The notes beneath the pieces were generated by a model. It ran no database searches, was not told the origin of the DNA, and worked only from the letters and a program-made list of their open reading frames with translations. A DNA stretch of 64,000 bases from Flavobacteriales bacterium (lineage in GTDB: Bacteria > Bacteroidota > Bacteroidia > Flavobacteriales > BACL11), in assembly GCA_965183885.1 (NCBI GenBank), contig OZ238992.1:1572528-1636527 (forward strand). Direction: 5' to 3'. The translations under genes were made by a program, and so were the position numbers. Positions 36,782 to 46,785 of the stretch are shown here, one piece after another. Within the stretch, counting starts at the first letter, position 1. Each line of letters starts with the position of its first letter.

Positions 36782-36814
36782 TAAAAGAGGCGTGGTAGCC
36801 TCTTTTATTTTTTT
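36782..36814 (+). terminator. Rho-independent terminator
   Basis: TAAAAGAGGC-gtggta-GCCTCTTTTA followed by a T tract. Confidence 0.8.
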
Positions 36815-36826
36815 AGTTTTGTGCCC

Positions 36827-37462
36827 GTGAATAAAAAAGAAAGAACAAAACATTTTATTGCTCATTTTTCTGAGCATATGCCTGAAGCAAAAACAGAGTT
36901 AGATTATACTAATGCCTTTGAGCTTACTGTTGCAGTAATTCTGTCTGCACAGTGTACTGATAAACGAGTTAATATTATTACTAAAGAATTATTTGAACAG
37001 CTACCTACAGCTGAGGTAATGGCTGAAGCTTCAGTAGATATAATTTTTGACTTAATAAAGTCTTGTTCCTACCCAAGGAATAAAGCAAAGCACCTTTCTG
37101 GTATGGCAAAAATGCTAATGCAAGATTTTAATGCTAAAATTCCAGAAAACTTAGAAGACTTACAAAAACTACCTGGGGTAGGGAGAAAAACAGCTAATGT
37201 TGTAGGGTCAGTTTATTTTGATATTCCTGCAATGCCAGTTGATACTCATGTATTTCGTGTGGCAGATAGGATAGGGTTAACTACTAATGCTAAAAATCCT
37301 TTGCAAGCTGAATTACAATTACTGAAACTCTTCCCTAAAGAAAAATTAAATATTGCACATCATTGGTTAATCTTACATGGTAGATATTTATGTAAAGCAC
37401 GAAGGCCAGAGTGCGAAAGGTGTGAGATTACAGAAATTTGCAAGTATTTTTCAAAACGATAA
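36827..37462 (+). CDS. nth: Endonuclease III
   Basis: LSAQCTDKRVN, HhH LPGVGRKTANVV, VDTHV.R, C-x6-C-x2-C-x5-C Fe-S motif. GTG at 36827 (MNKKER) is preferred to 36821 because TAGTTTTG occupies 36814-36821. Confidence 0.95.
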   Translation: MNKKERTKHFIAHFSEHMPEAKTELDYTNAFELTVAVILSAQCTDKRVNIITKELFEQLPTAEVMAEASVDIIFDLIKSCSYPRNKAKHLSGMAKMLMQDFNAKIPENLEDLQKLPGVGRKTANVVGSVYFDIPAMPVDTHVFRVADRIGLTTNAKNPLQAELQLLKLFPKEKLNIAHHWLILHGRYLCKARRPECERCEITEICKYFSKR

Positions 37463-37537
37463 TTTTGTTAATAATTTAAGCTGCTTTTTTTTGATGTTTG
37501 CTGGATTATTTCTCTAATTTGTATAAAATAAATAACT

Positions 37538-38539
37538 ATGAGTAAAAAAGACCAAAGTGCTAAAATTAAGGCACTAGAACTTACCTTAGGTAAGTTAGAA
37601 AAATCCTATGGAAAGGGAGTAGTAATGAAGTTGGGAGATAAAGTTGTTGAAGATGTAGAGGCAATTCCTACAGGATCAATAGGTTTAGATTTAGCTTTAG
37701 GTGTTGGTGGATACCCAAGAGGAAGAGTAATTGAAATATATGGTCCAGAGTCATCAGGTAAAACAACATTAACAATACATGCAATTGCTGAAGTGCAAAA
37801 GCAAGGAGGTATTGCAGCTTTTATTGATGCTGAGCATGCATTTGATGCTTCTTATGCGTCAGATTTAGGAGTTGATGTAGATAATTTATACATTTCACAA
37901 CCTGATAATGGAGAGCAAGCATTAGAAATTGCTGATCATTTAATTAGTTCAGGAGCTGTAGATTTAGTAGTAGTAGATTCTGTAGCGGCTTTAACTCCAA
38001 AATCAGAGATTGAAGGAGAAATGGGGGATTCTAAAATGGGACTACATGCCCGTTTAATGTCTCAAGCACTTAGAAAACTAACTGCTACAATTAATAAAAC
38101 AAATTGTACAGTTATCTTTATTAATCAAATAAGAATGAAGATTGGAGTTATGTTCGGTAACCCAGAAACAACTACAGGAGGTAATGCGCTTAAGTTCTAT
38201 TCTTCAGTGCGTTTGGATATCAGAAGAATTGGTGCTATTAAAAATGGTGAGGACATTATAGGAAACAGAACTAGAGTAAAAGTAGTTAAGAATAAGGTAG
38301 CTCCTCCATTCCGTAAAGTTGAATTTGATATTATGTTTGGTGCTGGAATTTCTCGTTCAGGAGAAGTTTTAGATAAGGCGGTAGACTTAGATGTAGTTAA
38401 GAAAAGTGGTTCATGGTTTAGCTATGGTGATACTAAGTTAGGGCAGGGACGTGATGCTGTAAAACAATTAATTGCTGATAATCCTGAACTTTCTGAGGAA
38501 ATTGAAACTAAAATTAAAGAGGCTTTAACTCAAGAGTAA
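37538..38539 (+). CDS. recA: Recombinase RecA
   Basis: [47 protein letters not shown]. Confidence 0.98.
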   Translation: MSKKDQSAKIKALELTLGKLEKSYGKGVVMKLGDKVVEDVEAIPTGSIGLDLALGVGGYPRGRVIEIYGPESSGKTTLTIHAIAEVQKQGGIAAFIDAEHAFDASYASDLGVDVDNLYISQPDNGEQALEIADHLISSGAVDLVVVDSVAALTPKSEIEGEMGDSKMGLHARLMSQALRKLTATINKTNCTVIFINQIRMKIGVMFGNPETTTGGNALKFYSSVRLDIRRIGAIKNGEDIIGNRTRVKVVKNKVAPPFRKVEFDIMFGAGISRSGEVLDKAVDLDVVKKSGSWFSYGDTKLGQGRDAVKQLIADNPELSEEIETKIKEALTQE

Positions 38540-38545
38540 TTTTTT

Positions 38546-39571
38546 ATGATGCGTAAAATTATATTTGCTGTAGCAATACTGTTTATTGCTGCCTGTAGTA
38601 CTGAAAGTGAAAAGAAGGTTGAAAAATCAGAGATTACTATTTTATCTGAAAAGATAAAAAAGGATCCTCTTAATGTTGCTTTATTGAAAGAACGTGCTAC
38701 TTATAATAAAGAGCAAAATAATTTGGAGTCTGTTCTTTTTGATTTGAATCAATGTGTTCAATTAGATTCTTTAGATTATCAGGTGTTTTATGAAATTGCT
38801 GAGATTTATTTTGAACTTTCAAAATCAAATAAAGCTAAAGGAGAATATCCTTCTTTGTCAAAATATAACCTTAATAGGGCTTTAAAATTAAATAATGAAG
38901 CTTATGAAGCCCATGCTTTAATGGGGGAGTTGATGCTGGCTTATGCTAAGTACGATAAGGCTGTTGAGCATCTTAACTCTTCATTGAAATTAGAATATAA
39001 TCAAGCAAAAACACATATGTTGCTTGGATATACTTTTAAGCAGTTGAAGCAAGAAGAGGCGGCTATTAATTGCTTTAGGAATGCAATAAATGTTGATGCA
39101 GAATATAAAGAAGCTTTTGTACAGTTAGGTCAAATATACCACCAGATGGGGGATACTTTAGCGGTTCAGTATTATGATAATGCTTTAAGGATTGATCCTG
39201 AAGATGAGATAATATTATACAATAAAGCTCTTTTTTATCAATCTATTACACAATGGAATGCAGCTTTAGAGGCTTATACAGCTTTGCATAAAGTAACTCC
39301 ATTTCATTCAGATGGGCATTATAATTTAGGGTTTATTCATATGGAGTTAGATTTGCACGATGTTGCTACTAATAATTTTTCTGATGCCATTTATTCAAAC
39401 TCATCTTTTTTTGAAGCGTATTATGCAAGAGGGAATTGTTTTGAAACACTAGGAAATATAGCTCAAGCTGAATCAGATTATAAAAGAGCTATAGAAATTA
39501 ATCCTGAGTATACTTTTGCTATAGATGCTTTGGAAAAATTACAAGAACGAAATAAACAATTTAAGAAATAA
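38546..39571 (+). CDS. TPR-repeat lipoprotein
   Basis: Lipobox FIAAC; multiple TPR units. Confidence 0.85.
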   Translation: MMRKIIFAVAILFIAACSTESEKKVEKSEITILSEKIKKDPLNVALLKERATYNKEQNNLESVLFDLNQCVQLDSLDYQVFYEIAEIYFELSKSNKAKGEYPSLSKYNLNRALKLNNEAYEAHALMGELMLAYAKYDKAVEHLNSSLKLEYNQAKTHMLLGYTFKQLKQEEAAINCFRNAINVDAEYKEAFVQLGQIYHQMGDTLAVQYYDNALRIDPEDEIILYNKALFYQSITQWNAALEAYTALHKVTPFHSDGHYNLGFIHMELDLHDVATNNFSDAIYSNSSFFEAYYARGNCFETLGNIAQAESDYKRAIEINPEYTFAIDALEKLQERNKQFKK

Positions 39572-40017
39572 TGACAGTACAAGATCAAATTACACAGGAT
39601 ATAAAGGAGGCTATGAAAGCGAGAAATGTAGATAAGTTAGCTGCATTACGTGCAGTTAAGTCTGCAATAATGTTAGAAGCAACTAAAGATGGAAGTACAA
39701 CAGTTGCTGATGCCGTTTCTTTAAAGCTTATAGCTAAGTTGGTAAAGCAAAGAAAAGATTCAGCTGCAATATTTATTGAGCAAAATCGTCAGGATTTAGC
39801 TGATGATGAAATAAATCAACTGGCTTACCTTGAGCCTTATTTGCCAGCACAAATGGGGGAGGATGAAGTAAGAAAGGTAGTACAGGAAGTTATTGCTCAG
39901 GTTGGTGCATCGTCCCCCGCTGATATGGGAAAATGTATGGGTCCACTTATGGGAAGGTTAAATGGTAAGGCTGATGGTTCACTAATTTCTAAATTAGTAA
40001 AAGAGGAACTTTCTTAA
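39571..40017 (+). CDS. GatB/YqeY domain protein
   Basis: DIKEAMKA, LR..K, KQRKDS..F...R.DLA..E, YLP.Q, DMGK.MG, G.ADG. Confidence 0.93.
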   Translation: MTVQDQITQDIKEAMKARNVDKLAALRAVKSAIMLEATKDGSTTVADAVSLKLIAKLVKQRKDSAAIFIEQNRQDLADDEINQLAYLEPYLPAQMGEDEVRKVVQEVIAQVGASSPADMGKCMGPLMGRLNGKADGSLISKLVKEELS

Positions 40018-40041
40018 TTACTTTAAGGAAAATTTAAAAAT

Positions 40042-40076
40042 AAAAAAGGCGAACAAATGTTCGCCTTTTCTTTTTT
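40042..40076. terminator. Bidirectional Rho-independent terminator between yqeY and rplT
   Basis: AAAAGGCGAACA-aa-TGTTCGCCTTTT with A/T tracts on both sides, between convergent genes. Confidence 0.88.
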
Positions 40077-40093
40077 AGCACCAACTAAAAAAT

Positions 40094-40438
40094 TTATTTT
40101 ACTTTATCCACAACTGCTTTAAAAGCTTCTGGGTGGTTCATTGCTAAATCAGCTAAAACTTTTCTGTTTAACTCAATTCCGTTAGCGTGAACTTTACCCA
40201 TAAATTGTGAGTAAGACATTCCGTGTAATCTTGTTCCTGCATTAATTCTCTGTATCCATAATGCACGGAAAGTTCTCTTCTTATTTTTTCTGTCACGGTA
40301 TGCGTATTGCATCCCTTTTTCTACAGCATTTTTAGCTACTGTATGTACATTTTTTCTTCTCCCAAAGTATCCTTTGGCAGCTTTTAATATTTTGTTTCTT
40401 CTAGCTTTTGCAGCTACTGAATTTACCGATCTTGGCAT
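40094..40438 (-). CDS. rplT: 50S ribosomal protein L20
   Basis: [31 protein letters not shown]. Confidence 0.98.
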   Translation of the reverse strand: MPRSVNSVAAKARRNKILKAAKGYFGRRKNVHTVAKNAVEKGMQYAYRDRKNKKRTFRALWIQRINAGTRLHGMSYSQFMGKVHANGIELNRKVLADLAMNHPEAFKAVVDKVK

Positions 40439-40526
40439 AATTTAATTGTTTTTTGGTGTATAGTGGCTTTTTATTTTTATGCCCTTGTTTGAACTACATA
40501 CCTGGTTAATAACCTAATTTATTTTT
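40439..40526 (-). promoter_or_regulatory. Candidate structured leader upstream of rplT
   Basis: On the mRNA strand GGUAUGUAGU can pair with ACUAUACACC (one mismatch), enclosing GGC/GCC; a small GGUU/AACC hairpin lies upstream. Confidence 0.4.
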
Positions 40527-40721
40527 TTAAATACCTAACTGAAGCTTAACGCTTTTTTCGTCAGACTTGTTAACGTAACCAGTTTTGGTTAAGTTGTGCT
40601 TTTGTTTAGTCTCTTTCTTAGTTAAGATGTGTGACTTAAACGCATGCTTTCTTTTTAATTTACCAGAACCTGTAAGTTTGAATCTCTTTTTGGCTCCAGC
40701 CTTTGTTTTCATTTTTGGCAT
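40527..40721 (-). CDS. rpmI: 50S ribosomal protein L35
   Basis: MPKMKT..GAKKRFK.TGSGK..HILTKK. Confidence 0.97.
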   Translation of the reverse strand: MPKMKTKAGAKKRFKLTGSGKLKRKHAFKSHILTKKETKQKHNLTKTGYVNKSDEKSVKLQLGI

Positions 40722-40733
40722 TGTCTTCTTTTT

Positions 40734-41282
40734 TTATTTCTTCTTTTTTGGTGCTATTATCATTATCATTTTCTTTCCTTCCAACTTAGGCATACTTTCT
40801 ACAACTCCTATGTCTTCTAGTGCTTGAGCTAATTTTAAAAGTAAAATTTGTCCTTGGTCTTTAAAGATAATTGTTCTACCTCTAAAGAAAACAAATGCTT
40901 TTACTTTTGCTCCTTCTTCCAAAAACTTTTGAGCATGTTTTAATTTAAAATCAAAATCATGTTCTCCAGTGTTAGGTCCAAATCTTAACTCTTTTACTAC
41001 AACCTTTTGCGCCTTGCTTTTTATTGCTTTTTGCTTTTTCTTTTGGTCGTAAATAAACTTTTTATAATCAATTACTTTACAAACGGGTGGTTCTGCTTTT
41101 GGAGATATTTCTACTAAATCCAGATTTAAATTTCTTGCAATTTTTAATGCAGCGTCAAGTTGAACAATTTTTGGTTCTACTTGATCTCCTACCATTCTTA
41201 CAAATGGGGCTGTAATTTCTCTGTTAGTTCGGTGTAGTTTCTTTTCTACTACTCTACCTCTAAATGGTCTCTTTTTTGCGAT
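40734..41282 (-). CDS. infC: Translation initiation factor IF-3 (non-AUG start, probably ATC)
   Basis: Frame is open upstream of the track's ATG (IAKKRPFRGRVVEKKLHRTNREITAPFVRMVG...), restoring the N..I...VR motif; DLVEISP.A.PPVCK.IDY.K, KE.RF.P. Confidence 0.93.
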   Translation of the reverse strand: MAKKRPFRGRVVEKKLHRTNREITAPFVRMVGDQVEPKIVQLDAALKIARNLNLDLVEISPKAEPPVCKVIDYKKFIYDQKKKQKAIKSKAQKVVVKELRFGPNTGEHDFDFKLKHAQKFLEEGAKVKAFVFFRGRTIIFKDQGQILLLKLAQALEDIGVVESMPKLEGKKMIMIIAPKKKK

Positions 41283-41294
41283 CTCTTTACCGTT

Positions 41295-43238
41295 TTAGTT
41301 ATTAAAAGTGATTAAATTATTTATTTCTTCTGTTATTATCTTTATCAATCCGTCAACCGAAATGCTTCCTAAATCCTCTCCTCCATGTTTACGAACTGAT
41401 ATAGTTCCTTCATTTTCTTCTCTTTCACCAACTATAATGATGTAAGGGATTTTTGAAACTTCAGCATCTCTTATCTTTCTTCCAGTAGTTTCAGCTCTTT
41501 GGTCAATCGGGCCGCAAATATCGTAATTTTTTAATAACCTGGATACTTTTTCAGCATAATCATGATATTTCTCACTGATAGGCAATATGATAAACTGATC
41601 TGGGGCTAACCAAAGTGGGAAATTACCACCGCAATGCTCGATAAGAACAGCTACAAAACGCTCCATTGATCCGAACGGAGCACGGTGTATCATTACGGGT
41701 CTATGTTTTTGATTATCAGCACCTGTATACTCTAGTTCAAAACGCTCAGGTAAATTATAATCTACTTGTATTGTTCCTAGTTGCCACTCTCTACCTAGGG
41801 CATCTTTTACCATAAAATCTAGCTTAGGACCATAAAAGGCAGCCTCACCATATTCTACAACTGTTTCTAAACCTTTTTCGGCAGCAGCTTCAATAATTGC
41901 AGCTTCAGCTTTATCCCAGTTTTCATCAGAACCAATATATTTTGCTTTATTCTCAGGGTCACGTAAGGATACTTGAGCTTTAAAGTCTTTAAAACCTAAG
42001 GCATTAAATACATAAAGTACTAAATCAATTACAGATATAAATTCTTGTTTTACTTGGTCAGGACGCACAAAAAGGTGAGCATCATCCTGAGTAAATCCTC
42101 TAACACGAGTTAAACCATGTAATTCTCCAGATTGCTCATAACGATAAACAGTACCGAATTCTGCAAAACGAACAGGTAAATCACGGTAAGAATATTGCTT
42201 TGATTTATAAATCTCACAGTGGTGAGGGCAGTTCATAGGTTTTAAGAAAAACTCTTCTCCTTCATTAGGAGTTTTGATAGGTTGGAATGAATCCTCACCG
42301 TATTTTTCGTAATGACCAGAACAAACATATAAATCCTTATTGGCAATATGAGGTGTAACAACAGGTAAATAACCTGCTTGTGTTTGTGCTTTTTTTAGAA
42401 AGTTCTCTAATTTTTCTCTTAGTTGAGCTCCTTTTGGAAGCCATAATGGTAGTCCTTGTCCCACTTTTTGTGAGAAAGTAAAAAGCTCCATTTCTTTTCC
42501 TAGTTTACGGTGGTCACGTTTTTTTGCTTCCTCCAATAACTCTAGGTGAGCAGTTAGTTCTTTTTGTTTAGGAAATGACACACCATAAATACGCGTTAAT
42601 TGTTTACGGTTTTCATCTCCTCTCCAATAAGCTCCTGCAATATTTAATAGCTTAATTGCTTTTATTTTTCCTGATGATGGGATATGTGGTCCTCTACATA
42701 AATCAGTAAAATTACCTTGTGTGTAGAAAGTGATGTTTCCATCTTCTAGGCCTTCTATTAATTCTAGCTTATATTCATCCCCTTTTTCAGTAAAGTAAGC
42801 AATAGCATCTTCTTTTGAAATATCTTTTCTTTCAAATGACATTTTTTGAGAAGCCAATTCCTTCATTTTTTTCTCAATTTTTGGTAACTCATCAGAAGAG
42901 AGAACACGGTCTCCTAAATCGATATCATAGTAAAAACCATTATCGATTGCAGGACCAATTCCTAATTTTACTCCAGGATACAATGCTTCTAAAGCTTCAG
43001 CCATAATATGGGCTGAAGAATGCCAAAAACTCATTTTTCCCTCCTTATCATTCCAAGTATGTAAGGTAAGGGTAGCGTCAGTGGTTATAGGTCTGTTTGC
43101 ATCCCAAACTTCTCCATTTACACTAGCCGATAGCACATTTCGTGCCAAGCCCTCAGAAATTCCCATAGCAATATCCATTGCGGAAGTTCCACTTTCTACT
43201 TGTTTAATACTTCCGTCAGGAAGAGTAATGTTAATCAT
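41295..43238 (-). CDS. thrS: Threonine--tRNA ligase
   Basis: [10 protein letters not shown] (TGS), [33 protein letters not shown]; TATATTTG at 43260-43267 supports the 43238 start. Confidence 0.98.
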   Translation of the reverse strand: MINITLPDGSIKQVESGTSAMDIAMGISEGLARNVLSASVNGEVWDANRPITTDATLTLHTWNDKEGKMSFWHSSAHIMAEALEALYPGVKLGIGPAIDNGFYYDIDLGDRVLSSDELPKIEKKMKELASQKMSFERKDISKEDAIAYFTEKGDEYKLELIEGLEDGNITFYTQGNFTDLCRGPHIPSSGKIKAIKLLNIAGAYWRGDENRKQLTRIYGVSFPKQKELTAHLELLEEAKKRDHRKLGKEMELFTFSQKVGQGLPLWLPKGAQLREKLENFLKKAQTQAGYLPVVTPHIANKDLYVCSGHYEKYGEDSFQPIKTPNEGEEFFLKPMNCPHHCEIYKSKQYSYRDLPVRFAEFGTVYRYEQSGELHGLTRVRGFTQDDAHLFVRPDQVKQEFISVIDLVLYVFNALGFKDFKAQVSLRDPENKAKYIGSDENWDKAEAAIIEAAAEKGLETVVEYGEAAFYGPKLDFMVKDALGREWQLGTIQVDYNLPERFELEYTGADNQKHRPVMIHRAPFGSMERFVAVLIEHCGGNFPLWLAPDQFIILPISEKYHDYAEKVSRLLKNYDICGPIDQRAETTGRKIRDAEVSKIPYIIIVGEREENEGTISVRKHGGEDLGSISVDGLIKIITEEINNLITFNN

Positions 43239-43369
43239 TCGTTTTTGTTTTAAAGGATGCAAATATAAGGATTAGATGTTAGATAGGAGTAGTGTGGTTT
43301 TAGATTTTAATTGACACGTAAAATTGAGAGAAAAATAAAGTTATTTTATAAGTAACCGAATATTAGATA

Positions 43370-45070
43370 TTGATTGAAAATAGAAACTATTTATTAAATT
43401 TGGACAAATTTATTTTTAGGGATGCATGTTTTTTTAATCTATCAAATATAATTATGGATAGGGAGGTACAGATTTTAAAGGGTTTTATTAAAAATCCAGA
43501 TAACATAAATAGTTTTAAAGAAGCTGAAGAGATATTATTGATGTCAGATAATCTTTATAGGGAAACATTGCATAGTTATCAAAGTTGTAAAATAAAAAAT
43601 GATAAAGGAATTGTCTCTAAAAATACAATTGCTTTTTCTGAGGTTAAAGCTTATACAGACGAAATTGTTAGCTTGGTTAAATCCGTAATAATTTGTATCA
43701 ACTCAAAATTTAATAAGGAAGTAAAGAGTCGTTTTGGAAATAAAGTTTCAGAGTTATATACTTTAATGGGAAAAAAAGATATTTCTTTTAGTCCCTTGTT
43801 AAAAATATTGATAAAGAAAGAAAGTGAATTGCTTAATAAATATTTTCTTAAGATTAATACTATCAAAAATAGTGAAGGGTTAACAGCATTTGAACCTTAT
43901 TTTTTAAGTAAGTATCTTGAGATAGCAAAAAATAGTTCAGAAGATATAAGAAAGAATTATTATAAAATTTCTGAAATCTATATTGAGTTAGTTGATGTCC
44001 GTAATAGGATTGCTCAGGAAAAAGGTTTTTTGAATTATTATGATTATCAGATGTCCCTTCAGGGAAAAGACAAAAAGGAAATCTCATTATTTGCTAATGA
44101 AATGAAAGCTGACTTTAGTTCTTTTCTTTCTTCTTTTTTAGAAGGAAGGGATAGTAATCTACTTCAAAATATACCTCCACAATTGTTTCATTTTTATTTC
44201 TTGAATAATAAAGACAGAAAGGATATTGATAGAGAAAATTTAGAAGCAGTCTTTAAGGAAGTTGATGAAGAATTATTTCAAATGTTTAAGAAGTTAAATA
44301 GTAAAAATAAATTAGATTCTATTAAAAGCAATACAAAAAGAGATATAGCTTATACCACATATTTATATAATGATAAGCTGCCTTATATTTTTATGCAAGA
44401 TAGAGGTGGTTTCTCTGATTTAAGAGTATTAACTCATGAATTAGGACATGCATTTGAAAAATACTTAAACAAAGATGTTGAGTTGTTTTCACAATTCACT
44501 TCTGATGTAGAAATTGCTGAATCGCAAGCAATTACTATGGAGTTGATTTTTGCTGAAGAGCAAAGTGTGTTACTGAAAGATCGGAATTCAACTGATTATA
44601 AAAATTATATAGTATTAAAAAACCTCATGTTAATCCCAGAGGCTTTATGTATCTATGAGTTTGAAAGATTAGTTTATTCTTCAAAGTTGTTAAGAGCAGA
44701 AGATTTGAGAGAGACTTGGTTTGATTTAAATGTTAAATTTGGTCTTGTTAAAGAAGATGTTATAGATAAGGAACAGTTTTCTAATTATTGGATTATGAAG
44801 AAACACCTGTTTAATGCGCCTTGCTATTATATTAATTATGCAATTGCTAAATTAATAGCATTTCAATTTTATAAGCAATATGTTAATCATAAAAAGGATA
44901 TGTTTGTTTCATTCAAAAGGTATAATCAATCTAGTGGGTTTGAACTAAAGAAAAACTTATTGAAAAATCATAATATTCATCACCCCTTTAGTGAGGAGTC
45001 TTCAAAAGTTATTGTTGAGTTTTTGCAGCAATATTTTACTTTATACAACTCTGAGGTTAATGGTGTTTAA
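43370..45070 (+). CDS. Divergent M3 family oligoendopeptidase (PepF/M3B-like)
   Basis: LTHELGHAF (HEXXH), AESQAITME (third Zn ligand), HLFNAPCYYINYAIA. Start is uncertain (TTG 43370 or ATG 43454). Confidence 0.8.
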   Translation: MIENRNYLLNLDKFIFRDACFFNLSNIIMDREVQILKGFIKNPDNINSFKEAEEILLMSDNLYRETLHSYQSCKIKNDKGIVSKNTIAFSEVKAYTDEIVSLVKSVIICINSKFNKEVKSRFGNKVSELYTLMGKKDISFSPLLKILIKKESELLNKYFLKINTIKNSEGLTAFEPYFLSKYLEIAKNSSEDIRKNYYKISEIYIELVDVRNRIAQEKGFLNYYDYQMSLQGKDKKEISLFANEMKADFSSFLSSFLEGRDSNLLQNIPPQLFHFYFLNNKDRKDIDRENLEAVFKEVDEELFQMFKKLNSKNKLDSIKSNTKRDIAYTTYLYNDKLPYIFMQDRGGFSDLRVLTHELGHAFEKYLNKDVELFSQFTSDVEIAESQAITMELIFAEEQSVLLKDRNSTDYKNYIVLKNLMLIPEALCIYEFERLVYSSKLLRAEDLRETWFDLNVKFGLVKEDVIDKEQFSNYWIMKKHLFNAPCYYINYAIAKLIAFQFYKQYVNHKKDMFVSFKRYNQSSGFELKKNLLKNHNIHHPFSEESSKVIVEFLQQYFTLYNSEVNGV

Positions 45071-46698
45071 CTTTGAATAATCCCAGGATTATATGCTTCT
45101 TTTATAGGTGCGTTATTTGCCGCTTCTATCCCCATAGAAATTACTTTTCTGGTTTCTAAAGGATCAATAATAGCATCTACCCAAAGGCGAGCCGCAGCAT
45201 AATAAGGGGAGGTTTGTGCATCATACCTATCTGTAATGGTTTTTAATAATTGAGCTTCTTTCTTTTTGTCAATTTCTTCTCCTTTAGCTTTTAGGCTTGC
45301 TTTTTCAATTTGCAATAAAACCTTAGCCGCTTGTGCACCACCCATTACAGCTAATTGAGCTGTAGGCCAGCTAACAATAAGCCTTGGGTCGTAAGCTTTA
45401 CCACACATAGCATAATTTCCTGCACCATAAGAGTTTCCTACAATGATTGTAAATTTAGGCACTACAGAGTTTGCCATAGCATTTACCATTTTGGCACCAT
45501 CTTTTATAATTCCACCATGTTCGGATCTGGATCCTACCATAAAACCAGTAACATCTTGTAAAAACACCAATGGTATTTTCTTTTGGTTACAGTTGGCAAT
45601 AAAACGTGCTGATTTATCTGCCGAATCGGAATAGATAACACCACCAAATTGCATTTCTCCTTTTTTGGTTTTTATCATTTCTCTTTGGTTGGCTACAATA
45701 CCTACTGCCCAACCATCAATTCTGGCATATCCACAAACTATAGATTTTCCATATCCTTCTTTATACTCTTCAAAATCGGAGCTATCTACCAAGCGAGCAA
45801 TAATATCCTTCATATTGTAAGGCTTGGCTCTATCTTTTGGTATAAGTCCGTAAATTTCTTTTTCGTCTTCTTTTGGAGGGTGTGCTGCTTTCCTATTGAA
45901 ACCTGCTTTTTCATTATCCCCAATTTTATCCATTATATTACGGATTTTATCAAGGGCATCTTTATCGTCTTTTGCTTTATAATCTGTTACTCCAGAAATC
46001 TCGCAATGTGTAGTTGCACCACCTAAAGTTTCGTTGTCAATACTTTCGCCAATAGCAGCTTTTACTAGGTAACTTCCTGCTAAAAAGATACTTCCGGTTT
46101 TGTCAACAATTAATGCTTCATCACTCATAATAGGAAGGTAAGCACCACCAGCAACACAAGCGCCCATAACAGCAGCAATTTGTGTAATTCCCATTGAGCT
46201 CATACGGGCATTATTACGGAACATTCTTCCAAAGTGTTCTTTATCAGGAAAAATTTCATCTTGCATAGGTAAAAACACTCCAGCACTATCTACCAAATAG
46301 ACAATTGGCAAGTGGTTTTCCATTGCAATTTCCTGTAATCTTAAATTCTTTTTTGCAGTAATAGGAAACCAAGCTCCTGCTTTTACTGTAGCATCATTAG
46401 CAACAATTATACACTGCTTATCTTCTATGTAAGTGATTCCTGCAACTACACCTCCAGAAGGGCAGCCACCATATTCACTATACATTCCTTCTCCAACAAA
46501 AGCACCAATTTCTAGGAACTCGGCATCAGTATCTTTTAGGTAGTCAATACGTTCTCTAGCAGTAAGTTTTCCTTTTGCGTGTTGTTTCTCAATTTTCTTT
46601 TTCCCACCACCTAAAGCGACTTCTGCATGTTTTCTTTTCATCTCTGAGATAAGTAATCTCATCTTGTCATCATTCTTATTGAAATCTAAATTAGCCAT
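45067..46698 (-). CDS. Acyl-CoA carboxylase carboxyltransferase beta subunit (methylcrotonyl-CoA carboxylase-like)
   Basis: GKLTARERI, ANDATVKAG, VDSAG..LP.QDE.FPD.EHFGR.F, C.AGGAY, GFMVG..E.GGI.K.GAK, SYGAGNY.MCG.AY. Confidence 0.93.
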   Translation of the reverse strand: MANLDFNKNDDKMRLLISEMKRKHAEVALGGGKKKIEKQHAKGKLTARERIDYLKDTDAEFLEIGAFVGEGMYSEYGGCPSGGVVAGITYIEDKQCIIVANDATVKAGAWFPITAKKNLRLQEIAMENHLPIVYLVDSAGVFLPMQDEIFPDKEHFGRMFRNNARMSSMGITQIAAVMGACVAGGAYLPIMSDEALIVDKTGSIFLAGSYLVKAAIGESIDNETLGGATTHCEISGVTDYKAKDDKDALDKIRNIMDKIGDNEKAGFNRKAAHPPKEDEKEIYGLIPKDRAKPYNMKDIIARLVDSSDFEEYKEGYGKSIVCGYARIDGWAVGIVANQREMIKTKKGEMQFGGVIYSDSADKSARFIANCNQKKIPLVFLQDVTGFMVGSRSEHGGIIKDGAKMVNAMANSVVPKFTIIVGNSYGAGNYAMCGKAYDPRLIVSWPTAQLAVMGGAQAAKVLLQIEKASLKAKGEEIDKKKEAQLLKTITDRYDAQTSPYYAAARLWVDAIIDPLETRKVISMGIEAANNAPIKEAYNPGIIQS

Positions 46699-46725
46699 AG
46701 TGTAAAATTTTGTCAAAAATACTAA

Positions 46726-46767
46726 TAGTTATTAGTTGTTTGTTTTTAGTTGTTAGTTTTTTGGTGA
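46726..46767. repeat. Degenerate intergenic heptamer tandem repeat
   Basis: TAGTTAT TAGTTGT TTGTTTT TAGTTGT TAGTTTT TTGGTGA. Confidence 0.5.
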
Positions 46768-46785
46768 TTGCTTACTAACTAATTA

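Noticed and set aside
41283-41297. thrS and infC in the same frame, suggesting a readthrough fusion
   Set aside because: TAA is an efficient stop, and a non-AUG infC start explains the arrangement.
43311-43345. TTGACA as an E. coli-type -35 element for the M3 peptidase
   Set aside because: No good TATAAT at 16-18 nt spacing, and the Bacteroidota primary sigma factor uses different elements.
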